From: Negaprion brevirostris
Taxonomy: Eukaryota
NCBI GenBank assembly: GCA_030324005.1
Contig: JARDVH010000106.1
Location: forward strand, 40,954,640-41,018,639
Direction of reading: 5' to 3'
Length of the DNA: 64,000 nt
Positions 63,385 through 64,000 of this stretch are shown here, piece by piece. The position numbers and the translations under genes were made by a program. The notes under the pieces are model-generated. The model was not told where the DNA came from and did not search any database. It saw only the letters and a list, made by a program, of their open reading frames with translations. Numbering within the stretch: the first letter of the stretch is position 1; each line of letters opens with the position of its first letter.

Positions 63385-63702
63385 AATCCCTATGGTGCAG
63401 AAAGAGGCCACTCAGCCCATCGAGCCTGCACCAACAACAATTCTACCCCGACCCTCACTCCAAAACTTCACTTATTTACCCTATCAATCTCCCTGACACT
63501 AAGGGGCAATTTAACATGGCCAATCCACCTAACCTGAACAGCTTTGGACTGTGGGAGGAAACAACAGCACCCAGAGGAAAGCCATGCTGACAGGGGGAGA
63601 ATGTGTAAACACCACACAGATAGTGATCCGAGGCTGTAAGCGAACCTGGGTTCCTGGCGCTGTGAGGCAGCAATGCTAACCAGAGTGTCACCATGCCGAC
63701 CC
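63385..63702 (-). mobile_element. V-SINE, CR1-type tail
   Basis: Tail aatccctatggtgcagaaagaggcc through head gctaaccagagtgtcaccatgccg. Confidence 0.9.
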
Positions 63703-63780
63703 ACTGGCCTCGAATGTTCTCAACAACTCATCAATGAATAAAGCTGCAATTAACTGCTGTACAAGAACATCTGCGACCAA

Positions 63781-63972
63781 GTGCTCTGGTTTCCTCCCAC
63801 ACTCCAAAATGTGCAGATTAGACGGGTTGGCCATGCTGAATGAATCCCTAGTGTCAGGAGGATTAGCAGAGTAAATGCATGGGGTTAGAGGGAAGGGGCC
63901 TGGGTGGGAATGCTGTCGGTGAAGGCTCGATGGGTCAAATGGCCTCCTTCTGTCCTGTAGGGATCCTATAAT
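63781..63972 (+). mobile_element. 5'-truncated V-SINE
   Basis: Starts in the V-domain (gtgctctggtttcctcccacactccaaa); tail aatggcctccttctgtcctgtagggat. Confidence 0.85.
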
Positions 63973-64000
63973 TCAGTTCCACTGTGAATTTCAAGAATAG

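Larger units (their letters stand above)
55843..64000 (-). other. Intron upstream of the EPHA6 exon (continues beyond window end)
   Basis: Ends in polypyrimidine tract plus AG. No exon-2-like peptide (LLD....GELGW..YP) recognised; region is repeat-dense. Confidence 0.75.

Overview
Eukaryotic (vertebrate, most likely shark/elasmobranch, inferred from the repeat families) genomic DNA from a draft assembly with many N-gaps. The only supportable host coding sequence is one 664-bp internal exon on the minus strand (55179..55842). It encodes most of the ephrin-binding domain plus the start of the Cys-rich region of an EphA receptor, best matching EPHA6 (the large exon 3 of Eph genes). The rest is inferred to be its two long flanking introns, filled with transposon fossils: CR1, L2, RTE and Rex1 LINE fragments; V-SINE (HE1-like) and DeuSINE (SacSINE1-like) copies; a full-length decayed pogo element with TIRs and TA TSD; an internally deleted Gypsy LTR element; Harbinger Myb/SANT remnants with related MITEs; and Penelope-like elements. 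The most notable structures are a TSD-bounded ~200-bp Penelope-derived hairpin with a hammerhead-ribozyme core, a three-level nested insertion, and inverted SINEs flanking the exon (candidate back-splicing). I found no convincing evidence for a wholly new biological system. Family names come from recalled motifs, not database searches, and repeat boundaries are approximate unless TSDs or TIRs are given.
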